DNA of 64,000 nucleotides from Dehalococcoidia bacterium (lineage in GTDB: Bacteria; Chloroflexota; Dehalococcoidia; Lucifugimonadales; VXLM01), in assembly GCA_963662435.1 (NCBI GenBank), contig OY759598.1:3690507-3754506 (forward strand). The letters are read 5' to 3'. Below are positions 37,489 through 48,282 of the stretch, in pieces. Under the pieces are notes generated by a model. That model did no database searches and had not been told where the DNA came from. It saw nothing but the letters and a program-made list of their open reading frames with translations. The position numbers and the translations under genes were made by a program. The number at the start of each line of letters is the position of its first letter. The stretch's first letter is position 1.

Positions 37489-39033
37489 ATGACCATTCCC
37501 ATCGTCGAGCGAGCCGGGGCCTTCACCACGCGACGCGCGATCGTCGCGCCTGAGGGGACGTTTACCTACGGCGACCTGCTGGCAGCCTCGGAGCGGGCGG
37601 CGGCGGAACTGCTAGTCGGTGCGCACGATCTCGAGGGCGCTCGCGTGGTATTCCTCGTGCCCGGTGGTTTCCAGTACGTCGCCGTGCAGTGGGGTATCTG
37701 GCGGGCAGGTGGTGTGGCAGTACCGTTGGCACTCTCCGAGACTGAACGCGAGATACGATACAAGATCGATGACACCAATCCCGCCGTCCTGATCGCGCAT
37801 CCCGACTACGCCGACGCGCTCAGTTCGTTCGCCGAAGAGGACGGCCTGCGTTTCATCACCACGACCGAGTTGCTCGACGGCGACCGCACGGCGCCTTTGC
37901 CGGACGTCGACCCCGAACAGGCCGCCATGATCCTGTACACGAGCGGCACCACGTCCGATCCGAAAGGCGTGGTCGCGACGCACCGGAATGTCGAGGCGCA
38001 GGTTGAGAGCCTCGTCGAGGCGTGGGGCTGGTCGTCCGACGACTACATCCTGAACCATTTGCCCCTCCACCATGTTCACGGCATCATCAACGCGATGTCG
38101 TGCGCACTTTGGGTCGGTGCCACGTGCGAGCTTCTGCCCCGGTTCGACGCCGAACGGGTCTGGTCGCGTATCATCGAACGCGAACTCACTTTGTACATGG
38201 CCGTTCCGACCGTATACAAGGCCCTCATCGCGGCATGGGAGTCGGGTACTCGCGAGTGGCAACAGGAGGCATCGGCGGCGTGTTCGAGCCTGCGCCTGAT
38301 GGTGTCCGGTTCGGACGCCCTTCCCGTCGACACATTCGAGCGGTGGGAGGAGATTTCGGGTCACCGTCTCCTGGAACGCTACGGCATGACGGAGATCGGC
38401 ATGGCGCTGTCGAACCCGCTGCATGGAGACCGGATTCCCGGCCACGTCGGCGCTCCGCTGCCAGGAGTCGAGGTCAGGCTTGCCGACCTTGATCTCGCGG
38501 CTTTCGAGGAGACCGGCGAGCGTCACTACGGAGACAAGGACGTGGGGTTGAACAGCCCTGGCGAGTTACAGGTACGTGGCCCTGGCGTATTTCGGGAGTA
38601 CTGGCGAAAGTACGACGCTACCAGCGAGGCGTTCAGCTATGACGGCTGGTTCTACACCGGCGATATCGCCTCTGTGAACGAGGACGGCGTCTACCGCATC
38701 TGGGGACGCGCGTCGCAGGACCTCATCATCTCCGGCGGCGAGAACGTCTCCGCTCTCGAAGTCCAGCGCGAGCTGCTGATGCACCCGGAGATCGATTCGT
38801 GCGCCGTCGTGGGGGTTAAAGACCCGTTTTGGGGCAGCGCCGTCTCCGCGGCGATCGTCACAGGAAATGGGAGCGCGTTGGACAAGGACTCCCTCCGTGG
38901 CTGGGCGAAAGAGCGCCTAGCGCCCTTCAAGGTACCCCAGCGGGTGATCTTCGTAGATGGCCTGCCTCGTAACGCTATGGGGAAGACTGTAAAGCCCAAA
39001 GTCCGAGCGCTCTTCGAGGGAGTCACCGTTTGA
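37489..39033 (+). CDS. Acyl-CoA synthetase (malonyl-CoA synthetase/ACSF3-like)
   Basis: YTSGTT..PKG, LPLHHVHG, ERYGMTE, TGD and MGK motifs. Confidence 0.9.
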   Translation: MTIPIVERAGAFTTRRAIVAPEGTFTYGDLLAASERAAAELLVGAHDLEGARVVFLVPGGFQYVAVQWGIWRAGGVAVPLALSETEREIRYKIDDTNPAVLIAHPDYADALSSFAEEDGLRFITTTELLDGDRTAPLPDVDPEQAAMILYTSGTTSDPKGVVATHRNVEAQVESLVEAWGWSSDDYILNHLPLHHVHGIINAMSCALWVGATCELLPRFDAERVWSRIIERELTLYMAVPTVYKALIAAWESGTREWQQEASAACSSLRLMVSGSDALPVDTFERWEEISGHRLLERYGMTEIGMALSNPLHGDRIPGHVGAPLPGVEVRLADLDLAAFEETGERHYGDKDVGLNSPGELQVRGPGVFREYWRKYDATSEAFSYDGWFYTGDIASVNEDGVYRIWGRASQDLIISGGENVSALEVQRELLMHPEIDSCAVVGVKDPFWGSAVSAAIVTGNGSALDKDSLRGWAKERLAPFKVPQRVIFVDGLPRNAMGKTVKPKVRALFEGVTV

Positions 39034-39132
39034 AACGGCGAATGTGACATAGCGTATTCGAAAGACCATAATAGAGAGTCACTAACTTAGGGGGCCTGTT
39101 TTGACGTCACAAGTACATCAAAACGTACTTAA

Positions 39133-40326
39133 GGAACCTCTGAACAAGTCTATGTTCTAAGGCATAGTATCATGGGGGTCATCACGATAGCCGAGGAGAG
39201 ATTCGATGGACCAGCCAACCTTCGCCGACTTGGAATACGAGGGCAAGAAGCGAAAGACTCGCAGGGAGAAGTTTCTTGAACGCATGGACGGTCTGATCCC
39301 TTGGGAAGAGTTGGAAGAGCGCATCCGACCGTTCTACCCCAAGGCTGGCCGTGGTCGGCGCCCCTATGAGTTGTCGACGATGCTTCGGATACATTGCGTG
39401 CAGTTGTTCTATAACCTGAGCGACCCCGGGATAGAAGACATGCTTTACGAGGTCGAGTCGGTGAGACGCTTCGTAGGTCTGAGGCTATCTGGGCCGTTGC
39501 CGGACGAGACGACGATCCTGAACTTCCGCCATCTGTTGGACAAGCACGAGTTGGGCACGGGCCTGATGGAGGAGATAAACCGTCATCTGGAGTCTCAGGG
39601 ACTTCGTCTACAGGAGGGGACTATAGTGGACGCGAGCATCATCGCCGCGCCGTCGTCGACGAAGAATCGGAGTAAGGAGCGCGACCCTGAGATGCGCCAG
39701 ACCAAGAAGGGTAACGAGTGGCACTTCGGTATGAAGTTGCATATCGGAGTGGACTCTGAGACGGGAGTGGTGCATAGCGTGTCCACAACGCCGGCGAACG
39801 TGCATGACGTGACTGAAACGCCTCGGTTACTGCACGGTGGGGAGACACAAGTGTGGGGTGATGCGGGGTATCAGGGGGTGGACAAGAGGCCTGAGAATCG
39901 AGACTTGGAGGTGGAGTGGCAGGTGGCGATGAGGCCTGGTCAGCGTCGAAAACTGAAGGTTGGGAGCGATGATGCGGCGAGGGAGAAGCGCAAGGCATCA
40001 GTAAGGGCGAAGGTGGAGCATCCGTTCCTGTACGTCAAGAGGCGCTTTGGCTACACGAAGGTCCGCTACCGAGGGCTGGCCAAGAACACGCAGCGGCTGG
40101 CATTGCTGCTGGGGTTCGCCAACCTGATGAGAGCCGAGCGATACTTGGCAGTGTGAGTGACCTTGTATACGTGGGCCCAATCAGGGCTGACAGGGACGAA
40201 GATGTCCCGCCAGAGGCAAAAGCAGGACGAAATAACCCCACCTAAGCTCCAAGTAAAGGCTCAACATCTCCGAAAACGCCTACAATCAACTCAGCCCAAC
40301 TCCACAGCTGGTTGTTCAGAGGTTCC
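39133..40326 (+). mobile_element. Complete IS5-family insertion sequence, 1194 bp
   Basis: Perfect 15-bp terminal inverted repeats GGAACCTCTGAACAA / TTGTTCAGAGGTTCC; TTAA target duplication at 39129-39132 and 40327-40330. Confidence 0.97.
39206..40156 (+). CDS. IS5 family DDE transposase
   Basis: TRREKFL, PDETTILNFRHLL, VDASII, GMKLHIG, GDAGY and RAKVEHPF motifs. Confidence 0.97.
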   Translation: MDQPTFADLEYEGKKRKTRREKFLERMDGLIPWEELEERIRPFYPKAGRGRRPYELSTMLRIHCVQLFYNLSDPGIEDMLYEVESVRRFVGLRLSGPLPDETTILNFRHLLDKHELGTGLMEEINRHLESQGLRLQEGTIVDASIIAAPSSTKNRSKERDPEMRQTKKGNEWHFGMKLHIGVDSETGVVHSVSTTPANVHDVTETPRLLHGGETQVWGDAGYQGVDKRPENRDLEVEWQVAMRPGQRRKLKVGSDDAAREKRKASVRAKVEHPFLYVKRRFGYTKVRYRGLAKNTQRLALLLGFANLMRAERYLAV

Positions 40327-40946
40327 TTAACATACTCCGAGATAACATTCGTGACGATTACGCAGAAGCCAGACCCGACAGGCGGACACTACCACAACAA
40401 GCCGTGAATACCGCTACTCCAGAGTCATTACAAGCGTTTGTTGATATCCATGAGGAGATTTCACGGCTTATCGGCAGAAATCACATCAGGACTAGATATT
40501 CTGGAGTGAGCACTGCGACTAGGGGGATTGGTATCTCTTACTACCGAGATCCGGTAATTAACAAGGCTACCAACCGGAAAAATAAAGAGATCCAGACGGT
40601 GTGTCTTCCAACAAAACCCGAGTGGGGTGGAATTCTTGAGGTCTATTTCTCTGGCCATGCCGAACCACCTGTAGAAGCTACCGACGTTGATAGCGTAGAT
40701 CCGCCGCGTGCAGGACAGCCGGTCTTTAGAGTGAGGAATGCTCCTACACCCGAATTTGTTAGACAGACCATTGAGGCTTTCAGGAACAGCTCACTCCGTT
40801 AGATCCGTCATACCCGACAATGACTATTGTGATTCTGCCAAGTAATGGTTGATCGGACTCATCTTGATGCCCGTTTTTCTTGGGTGGCCGTAGTGCGCAA
40901 CTGTATGAGTACACATTGAATGTTTCGGGGAGAACGCAAAAGGGAA

Positions 40947-41162
40947 ATGCCTAACACTGAAATCGACGAGTCAGAGATAGATCTTCGACTTGCCATGCTC
41001 AGACACTGGTACGGTGACTTGCTTTCGGAAGAGCAGTGGGCCGAGGTACGCGAGGGTGTAAGGGAGGAACTAGTAGAAGTGTCCAATGCCATTCGCTCCA
41101 TAGAGCTTGGATACGACGACGAGCCTTTTCCACTCTTCGCTCCGTATCGTGGAGAGGACTAG
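40947..41162 (+). CDS. Small acidic protein, putative amidase partner subunit
   Basis: 71 aa, ends 3 nt before the amidase ATG; C-terminal EP..F.P reminiscent of AtzG/GatC-like partners. Confidence 0.65.
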   Translation: MPNTEIDESEIDLRLAMLRHWYGDLLSEEQWAEVREGVREELVEVSNAIRSIELGYDDEPFPLFAPYRGED

Positions 41163-41165
41163 CCA

Positions 41166-42575
41166 ATGAACGCTTCGGAAGTCGTCTTCAAGCCGGTACG
41201 CCAATTGGCTGAACTGGTGCGTGAGCGTCAGGTCTCGCCCACCAAGCTGACGGAGGTGTTTCTGGAACGGCTGGATCGCATCGGGCCGCGCTACAACGCC
41301 CTCGTGACTCTCATGCCCGACCGTGCAATGGAAGAGGCGAAACGCGCCGAGAGGGAAATCGCTTCGGGTGAATACAGGGGGCCATTGCACGGCATACCCT
41401 ATGGCCTCAAGGACCTCTTCGCAGCCGTCGGCGCTCCCACTTCGTGGGGGGCAACTCCATTCAAGGAACAGGTCTTCGACCACGACTCGACGGTCGCGCG
41501 AAAGCTCAACGAGGCCGGAGCGGTGCTGCTCGGCAAGCTGGCGCTTGTCGAGATCGCGGGCGGTATCCGCTACAAGCAGCCACACGCCACCTTCACCGGA
41601 CCCGGCATCAACCCTTGGGGTGGCACGACCTGGGCAGGCGGATCGTCGAGCGGTTCAGGCTCCGCCGTGAGTGCGGGTCTTGCACCCTTTGCGATTGGCA
41701 CAGAAACGTGGGGGTCGATCATCACGCCCTCCGCAAACTGCGGCATCGCGGGACTTCGCCCGACCTATGGTCTCGTCAGCCGGGCGGGTGGGATGCCCCT
41801 CTCGTGGACGCTCGATAAGCCGGGGCCAATGTGTCAGACTGCGGACGACTGCGGACTCGTTGTCGAGGCTATATCGGGCCCGGATCCTAGCGACCTAGCT
41901 GCCAGCGATCGGCCATTCGCCTACACGCCAATGGACAGTGACCGTCGCTACAAAATCGGCGTGCCGGTGGGAGCAACGGACGGCGTCGAACTCGCGGTCA
42001 AGGACAATTTCGAGGCGGCGCTATCGACGCTGGAGCGGGTAGCCGATGTCGAGAAAGTAGAGCTGCCTGACTATCCGTACTGGGCGGTGATTACCGCCAT
42101 CTTCATGGGCGAATCTGCGACGATATACTCGGAGTTCACGGAGAGTGGCAGGTCGTCGGAGTTGACCGCGCCGGAAGACCGCCACGGCATCTACGCACGA
42201 AGCGCCACTCTTGCCACCGATTACCTCCGGGCCATGCGCATACGCAAGAAGATCGCTCGAGAAGTGGACGCAATCATGTCACGCTATGACGTGCTCGTGG
42301 GCCCTGGGCGCACCGGCGTTGCCATACCCCTTGACCTGCCCTTTGTAAAGGGATTCAAGGAGCGGGCGGGGGAGGTCATGGGTACGTTGGGGAACCTCAT
42401 CGGCCTTCCGGCGGTCACCGTTCCATCCGGCTTTTCGAAGGACGAACTGCCCACCTCTATCCAGTTCATGGGCAGGCCGTACGACGATAGCCTTGTTCTC
42501 TCGGTCGCCAATGCCTACCAGTCCATGACATCGTGGCACGAGCACCATCCGCCCGACACTATTCCCGCACCATAG
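41166..42575 (+). CDS. Amidase signature family enzyme
   Basis: GPLHGIPYGLKD, GGSSSGS and IGTETWGS motifs. Confidence 0.94.
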   Translation: MNASEVVFKPVRQLAELVRERQVSPTKLTEVFLERLDRIGPRYNALVTLMPDRAMEEAKRAEREIASGEYRGPLHGIPYGLKDLFAAVGAPTSWGATPFKEQVFDHDSTVARKLNEAGAVLLGKLALVEIAGGIRYKQPHATFTGPGINPWGGTTWAGGSSSGSGSAVSAGLAPFAIGTETWGSIITPSANCGIAGLRPTYGLVSRAGGMPLSWTLDKPGPMCQTADDCGLVVEAISGPDPSDLAASDRPFAYTPMDSDRRYKIGVPVGATDGVELAVKDNFEAALSTLERVADVEKVELPDYPYWAVITAIFMGESATIYSEFTESGRSSELTAPEDRHGIYARSATLATDYLRAMRIRKKIAREVDAIMSRYDVLVGPGRTGVAIPLDLPFVKGFKERAGEVMGTLGNLIGLPAVTVPSGFSKDELPTSIQFMGRPYDDSLVLSVANAYQSMTSWHEHHPPDTIPAP

Positions 42576-42582
42576 GAGCGCC

Positions 42583-44511
42583 ATGCCTCAGCCCATCACG
42601 CCCGACCACATCTTCGATTTCCCGAGTGCCTCCCAGCCTCATCTGTCAGCAGATGGGTTAGCCCTCGTTTTCGTAAAGAAGACGATCGATCGCCTGACTA
42701 TGGAGCGACAGTCACACATTGTCGTTTCCCATAGCCCGTTTACAGATCTGTCAGGTGTGACTGACGGCCCGTCCGACTCCGCTCCGTTTATCAACGGCGG
42801 TCGCGTCCTCTTCCTCCGACCCGACGAGAACGGCAAGAAGCAGGTCTGGACGGTACCGCTTGAGGGTGGAGAGGCACGTTGCACTACGGACCTTCCGGGC
42901 GGTGTCGAAGAGTTTGTAGTGTCACCGGATGGTGAACGGGTTGCCGCCGTTTCATCCGTTGATCCCAACATTGCCGACGATTCAGACTCGGGACAACCCA
43001 GTGTTCGCGTGGTACGGCGCGTCCGGTACCGACACGACTTCCGCGGGTTCACCGGGGACGCCTTCCGGCAGTTGTTCGTCATCGATATTGAGTCGGGGGA
43101 TACCCGACAGGTAACGGACGGTGAGGGTGACAACTGGTCGCCCGTATGGTCGCCCGACGGCAAGGCGATTGCCTTCATATCCGACGACATTGAGGGGCGC
43201 GACTTCACCACGCATACTCAGGTCAAGGTCGTGTCAGTTTCCGGTGGTCAGCCAGTCTCTTGGTCGGAAAGTCTCCCCTATGTATGGGCGGCTGCCTGGT
43301 CGCCGGACGGTAAATCGCTCGCGGCAGTTGGCTGCCACGATCCCGATATGTGGGATCCCCGCTCGGCATGGCTATACGTGCTTGACGCAAGTGGTGGTGT
43401 CAACCGGATCACCGACGGCCTTTATGCCCCGGTCCCGGAGTGCGGGCTGTCGTGGACGGATGGGCGCGGCATAGCGTTTGTCGGCGCACATCGAGGCGAG
43501 TATTTTGTATGCAGCATCGGTCCGGACGGCAGCGACTTCAAGACCATCACGTGTGGTGGCGTGAATTCCGAGAGCGCCGCCTTCGATGCCACTGCCGCTC
43601 GCGCCGTTATCGTAGCCGAGTCGCCTCGTTCTCCCGCCGAGTTGGTCCATGTCGACCTCGAATCCGGCACGCAGCGGGCGGTCACGAAGTACAGTGCAGA
43701 GTACATTGAGAGTCATCCGCCCGCCCGCATGGAGAAGTTCACCATCCGTCGCGGCGACTTCGAGATCGAGTCGCGCGTACTACTTCCTCCCGACTTGAAC
43801 GATGCCAAGAAGTACCCGATGGTACTGGACATTCACGGCGGACCGAATGGTCGGTTCTCCGACAACTTCGACCCCGTCCACCAGGTTCTTGCAACCAAAG
43901 GGTACATCGTCTTGTCAGTGAACCCGCGAGGCTCCTCCACCTACAGCCCGGAGTTTACCAAGTCCGTACTCGGTGACTGGGGAGGTGAGGACTTTCTCGA
44001 CATCCTCGCGTCCGTGGACGAGGTGTCCGCACGGTCGTACGTCGACGAGGATCGTATGGCCGTTCATGGATTCAGCTACGGCGGATTCATGAGCGGTTGG
44101 ATTGTCGGTCACGACCACCGCTTCAAGGCAGCCGTCGTCGGTGCGATGTGTGCCAATCTCCACAGCATGTATGGCACGTCGGATATCGGCACCAGCTTCG
44201 GCGAGATCAACTGGGGAGGCCCGTACACCGGTGCGCGGGACAAGTTCCTCCATCACTCGCCCATCACTTATGCGGCCAATGTGCAGACCCCCGTGCTCCT
44301 GTTGCACGGCGAGGACGACCTTCGTTGTCCCATCGAACAGAGCGAGCAGTATTTCGTCGCCCTAAAGCGTCTTGGCAAGACGGTTGAATTCGTCAGGTTC
44401 CCTGACTCCGCACATCGTTTCCGAAAGCTTGGCCATCCGGCCCTGATTGTCGAGTATTACAACCGCCTGCTCGAATGGCTCGAACGGTACATCGGCGTCG
44501 GCACGTCGTGA
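42583..44511 (+). CDS. S9 family peptidase (acylaminoacyl/dipeptidyl peptidase)
   Basis: WSPDG propeller repeats, IHGGP, GFSYGG nucleophile and HGEDDLRCP. Confidence 0.94.
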   Translation: MPQPITPDHIFDFPSASQPHLSADGLALVFVKKTIDRLTMERQSHIVVSHSPFTDLSGVTDGPSDSAPFINGGRVLFLRPDENGKKQVWTVPLEGGEARCTTDLPGGVEEFVVSPDGERVAAVSSVDPNIADDSDSGQPSVRVVRRVRYRHDFRGFTGDAFRQLFVIDIESGDTRQVTDGEGDNWSPVWSPDGKAIAFISDDIEGRDFTTHTQVKVVSVSGGQPVSWSESLPYVWAAAWSPDGKSLAAVGCHDPDMWDPRSAWLYVLDASGGVNRITDGLYAPVPECGLSWTDGRGIAFVGAHRGEYFVCSIGPDGSDFKTITCGGVNSESAAFDATAARAVIVAESPRSPAELVHVDLESGTQRAVTKYSAEYIESHPPARMEKFTIRRGDFEIESRVLLPPDLNDAKKYPMVLDIHGGPNGRFSDNFDPVHQVLATKGYIVLSVNPRGSSTYSPEFTKSVLGDWGGEDFLDILASVDEVSARSYVDEDRMAVHGFSYGGFMSGWIVGHDHRFKAAVVGAMCANLHSMYGTSDIGTSFGEINWGGPYTGARDKFLHHSPITYAANVQTPVLLLHGEDDLRCPIEQSEQYFVALKRLGKTVEFVRFPDSAHRFRKLGHPALIVEYYNRLLEWLERYIGVGTS

Positions 44512-44581
44512 GGCGAATATCCGAAGGCCCTTCCGTTGGGTATAATCCATTATGGATTTCCCTCGTGTCCGTTAGCCAGTC

Positions 44582-46453
44582 ATGCCGCTCATAACCGCCT
44601 CTGATCTTTCAGTCAGCTATGCAGAACTCGACGTATTCGAGGGCATTTCTCTCGAGATAGGCGATCGCGCCCGTGTGGGCATCGTTGGGCCGAACGGACA
44701 GGGCAAAACGACACTCCTGGAAACGCTCGTCGGTGGAATTGCTCCTCGCTCAGGTACGGTCCTACGCAGACGCGGACTCAGCATAGGTTACGTCCCACAG
44801 ACGACGAGGCACATGGACGCCGAGACCCTGAGGGAAGAGGTGATGAAGGCATTCTCGGAGATCACACGCATCGAGGCCGAGATTGCCGTGAGCGCCGCTG
44901 CCATAGAGGGCGCGAGCGAAGACGGGCGAAGAGAAGCTGAGCGACGGTATTCCGACATGCTCGAAGCCTATGAAGCTGCGGGCGGCTATGACTACGAGAA
45001 CCGCTTGGAGCGAGTGATCGCCGGAGTCGGGCTAAACATGGCAACGCTGGACGTGCCCGTCGACGAAGCGAGCGGCGGCCAGCGCACACGGACCTCCCTG
45101 GCCAAGGCGCTTCTGACCGATCCTCACCTCCTCATACTTGACGAGCCCACCAATTACCTGGACTTCGACGGCCTGAGCTGGTTAGAGGGATTCCTGCGTC
45201 GGACATCTCATGCCTTCGTCGTCGTCTCGCACGACCGCTACTTCCTCGACGAGGTTGCGACCGAGATTTGGGAGATAAACCACGGCAAGCTCACGTCATA
45301 TAAGGGGAACTACAGCAAGTACCGCCATCTAAAGGTTGAACGCGAGCGGCGGCAGCAGACCGAGTACGTGCGGCAGCAGCAGTTCATCAGAAAGCAGGAG
45401 GACTTCATCGAGCGATATCGCGCAGGCCAGCGTTCGCGCGAAGCGCTAGGGAGGGAGAAGCGCCTCAACCGGATGGAGCGAGTCGAAGATGTTGCATCCG
45501 ACAAGTCCATCACACTTGGGGGCCTTAGCGCGTCCCGGACTGGTCGAGTTGTTCTATCCACGCAGGGGCTTGAGGTTGGCTTTCAAGATGACGGTAGGCC
45601 GGTCAAGCTGCTTGACATCGAGGACCTCGCCCTCGAACGGGGTTCTCGGACTGCCATTGTCGGGCCGAATGGCATCGGTAAGACGACCTTCCTTCACACG
45701 GTGCTTGGCTCTGAACCCAGTCTTGCGGGGAGCATGTCCCTTGGCCACAACGTCAAGGTCGGATTTCAGCGACAGGGGACTTATGATTTGCCGGAGCATC
45801 GGTCCGTGCTGGATGCAATCATAGACGTGAAGAACCTCAGCCCTGAGGACGCTAGGACCTACCTCGGACGGTTCCTGTTCAGCGGCGACGACGTGTACAA
45901 GACCGTATCCGTCCTGAGTGGCGGGGAGCGCACCCGCCTTGCCCTTGCCCGGTTGCTTCTCGAGGAGCCGAACTTTCTCGTCCTCGATGAGCCGACAACT
46001 CACCTCGACATCTCCAGCCGCGAGGCCCTCGAACAGGTGCTGCTGCAGTATGACGGCACCCTATTGTTTGTCTCTCACGACCGCGCCCTCATATCTCTCC
46101 TTGCAACGAAGCTCCTCATCGTTGAAGACGGGAGGATGGGTCTCTTCAACGGTACTTTCGAGGAATGGGCGAAGACTCGGGACGAGTCGGCGGTCAAGGT
46201 CGTCGTGCGCCCTAAGAGGAAGGGCCGATCGAGGGGGTCTCCCGCGCCACGCAAGGCTCCGCCGACTCTAAAAGCCGCGCGCATCGACTATGAAGAGCTC
46301 ATCGCCAACCTGGAGGGCCGACTGGCACGAATCGAGTCACGACTTGACGGGGCGACCCAACGGCAGGACGTGGAGGCGATAGCCAAGCTCGGTAAGGAGT
46401 ACAATAGGGTGCAAAGTGAGCTGGAGACCACGTGGGAGCGTTGGACAGGATAA
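44582..46453 (+). CDS. ABC-F family ATP-binding protein
   Basis: Two ABC cassettes (GPNGQGKT and GPNGIGKT; DEPTNYLD and DEPTTHLD; SHDR twice), no transmembrane segments, C-terminal coiled coil. Confidence 0.95.
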   Translation: MPLITASDLSVSYAELDVFEGISLEIGDRARVGIVGPNGQGKTTLLETLVGGIAPRSGTVLRRRGLSIGYVPQTTRHMDAETLREEVMKAFSEITRIEAEIAVSAAAIEGASEDGRREAERRYSDMLEAYEAAGGYDYENRLERVIAGVGLNMATLDVPVDEASGGQRTRTSLAKALLTDPHLLILDEPTNYLDFDGLSWLEGFLRRTSHAFVVVSHDRYFLDEVATEIWEINHGKLTSYKGNYSKYRHLKVERERRQQTEYVRQQQFIRKQEDFIERYRAGQRSREALGREKRLNRMERVEDVASDKSITLGGLSASRTGRVVLSTQGLEVGFQDDGRPVKLLDIEDLALERGSRTAIVGPNGIGKTTFLHTVLGSEPSLAGSMSLGHNVKVGFQRQGTYDLPEHRSVLDAIIDVKNLSPEDARTYLGRFLFSGDDVYKTVSVLSGGERTRLALARLLLEEPNFLVLDEPTTHLDISSREALEQVLLQYDGTLLFVSHDRALISLLATKLLIVEDGRMGLFNGTFEEWAKTRDESAVKVVVRPKRKGRSRGSPAPRKAPPTLKAARIDYEELIANLEGRLARIESRLDGATQRQDVEAIAKLGKEYNRVQSELETTWERWTG

Positions 46454-46507
46454 CGTCCTCGCCCCAGCACGCCGGCCCGATACCGGAACTCTTCGAGGAG
46501 GCGCTTC

Positions 46508-47836
46508 ATGCCCTATAGCTCTTGGTTCCAGTGCATCGATCCCGAATGCTCCGAGCGGATGTCTCTGACGGAGATCGTATATACCTGTCCGAAGTGTAGC
46601 GGACTGCTCATGGTCGCGCACGATGTCGAGGCTCTCAAGAACCGAAGCGGCGCGGCATGGATGAAGCTATTCGACGACCGCTACATGACCACTCAGTTCC
46701 CCTACGGCAGCGGCGTGTGGGGCAAGAAGGAGTGGGTCTACCCGCAGATCGATGATGCCAACATAGTCTCCACGTACGAGGGAGGTTCGAACCTTTTCAG
46801 GGCCATCCGCTTTGGCGACATGATCGGCGTCCAGGACCTCTGGATCAAGCAATCCGGGAACAGCCATACCGGTTCGTTCAAGGACCTGGGCATGACGGTG
46901 CTCGTCTCAGCCGTGCAGCAGATGATCCACGAGGGCGCGGACATCCAAGCCGTCATATGCGCTTCTACCGGCGACACGTCTGCCGCCGTAGCTGCGTACT
47001 GCGCCACAGCCGGCATTCCTTCCGTTGTCCTTCTCCCGAAGGACAAGGTCACCACGTCACAACTCGTCCAGCCTTTGGCCAATGGAGCCCTGACGCTCGC
47101 CCTTGACACCGACTTCGACGGCTGCATGGAAGTGGTCAGGCTGCTGAGCGAAGACAAGCGCTTCTACCTTGCCAACTCGATCAATCCCCTACGAATCGAG
47201 GGACAGAAGACAATCAGTGTGGAGATCGTACAGCAGGACGACTGGCAGACCCCCGACTGGGTGATCGTCCCGAGCGGTAACCTAGGCAACATTACGGCAA
47301 TCGGCCTCGGATTCCAGATGATGCGCGAGTTGGGGATTATCAATAAGACGCCTCGACTGGTGGCCGCTCAGGCCGCTGCTGCGGCACCTCTTTATGACAG
47401 CTATAAGACGGGCTTCAAGGAATACGGGCCCGTGAATGCACAGGCGACCCAGGCTACGGCGATCCAGATTGGCAATCCAGTGAGCGCGCCTCGCGCGATT
47501 CCCATCCTCCAGGAGTTTGACGGCGTGGTCGAGCAGGCTAGCGAGGACGAGCTATCGCAGTCGGCAGCCCTAGCCGACAGCACGGGTCTCTTCGCCTGCC
47601 CACAGACCGGAGTCGCCCTTGCGGCCCTGATGAAGCTAGCCGAACGAAAAGTCATTTCTCCCGAGGACCGCGTCGTTGTCATCTCTACGGCCAATGGTTT
47701 GAAGTTCCCCGACTTCAAGACCGGCTACCACAGCGAGTCGCTTCCCGAAGTAGCCGCTCAACTCGCCAACAAGCCTGTCGAGGTCCCCGGCGACTACAAC
47801 GCTGTCGCGGCGGCCATTACCCGCCACGCTAGGTGA
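46508..47836 (+). CDS. thrC: Threonine synthase
   Basis: HTGSFKDLGM, CASTGDTSA, NSINPLRIEGQKT and PSGNLGN motifs. Confidence 0.95.
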   Translation: MPYSSWFQCIDPECSERMSLTEIVYTCPKCSGLLMVAHDVEALKNRSGAAWMKLFDDRYMTTQFPYGSGVWGKKEWVYPQIDDANIVSTYEGGSNLFRAIRFGDMIGVQDLWIKQSGNSHTGSFKDLGMTVLVSAVQQMIHEGADIQAVICASTGDTSAAVAAYCATAGIPSVVLLPKDKVTTSQLVQPLANGALTLALDTDFDGCMEVVRLLSEDKRFYLANSINPLRIEGQKTISVEIVQQDDWQTPDWVIVPSGNLGNITAIGLGFQMMRELGIINKTPRLVAAQAAAAAPLYDSYKTGFKEYGPVNAQATQATAIQIGNPVSAPRAIPILQEFDGVVEQASEDELSQSAALADSTGLFACPQTGVALAALMKLAERKVISPEDRVVVISTANGLKFPDFKTGYHSESLPEVAAQLANKPVEVPGDYNAVAAAITRHAR

Positions 47837-47918
47837 TTCGCCCCCCGTCCGAAATTGTCTGTGATACTATCCGAACGGTACACAGCAAAGGAACTCTGAA
47901 GGTTTGGAGGCGAGTCGC

Positions 47919-48257
47919 ATGTATTGTCCAACCTGCGGAGGAACGAACGAAGATAGCGCGAGCTTCTGCAGGGCTTGTGGTAGGAGTCTTGGATCCGGCG
48001 TGGCGCACGACCCTTCTCCGCACGTGCCAAACCACCTCGTGTGGGCCATCCTCGTGACGATCTTCTGCTGCCTTCCCTTCGGAATCGTGTCTATCGTCTA
48101 CGCCGCACAGGTAAACGGTTTTGTTGCGGAAGGCAAGTTCGACTCGGCCCGCCAGGCGTCCGAGAACGCAAAGATGTGGGCGTGGATCTCGTTTGCAGTC
48201 GGGCTGGCGTCCGTTGGCACATTCGGTTTCTTGACTCTCGGAGGGATATTCACCTAG
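47919..48257 (+). CDS. Zinc-ribbon plus CD225/dispanin family membrane protein
   Basis: CPTC..CRAC; PNHLVWAIL..FCCLPFGIVSIVYA. Confidence 0.88.
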   Translation: MYCPTCGGTNEDSASFCRACGRSLGSGVAHDPSPHVPNHLVWAILVTIFCCLPFGIVSIVYAAQVNGFVAEGKFDSARQASENAKMWAWISFAVGLASVGTFGFLTLGGIFT

Positions 48258-48282
48258 TTCTAGGACGGCACAAGAGCAGGCC

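Larger units (their letters stand above)
39101..40802 (+). pseudogene. Unknown 167-codon gene interrupted by the IS5 element
   Basis: Removing the IS and one TTAA joins TTG(39101)-TSQVHQNVL in frame with NILRDNIR...-ORF 40404..40802; AGGGGG lies 6 nt before the TTG. Confidence 0.7.

Noticed and set aside
41166..42575. gatA
   Set aside because: No gatB is adjacent and the sequence has GTETWGS rather than the GatA-type SDTGGSIRQPA.
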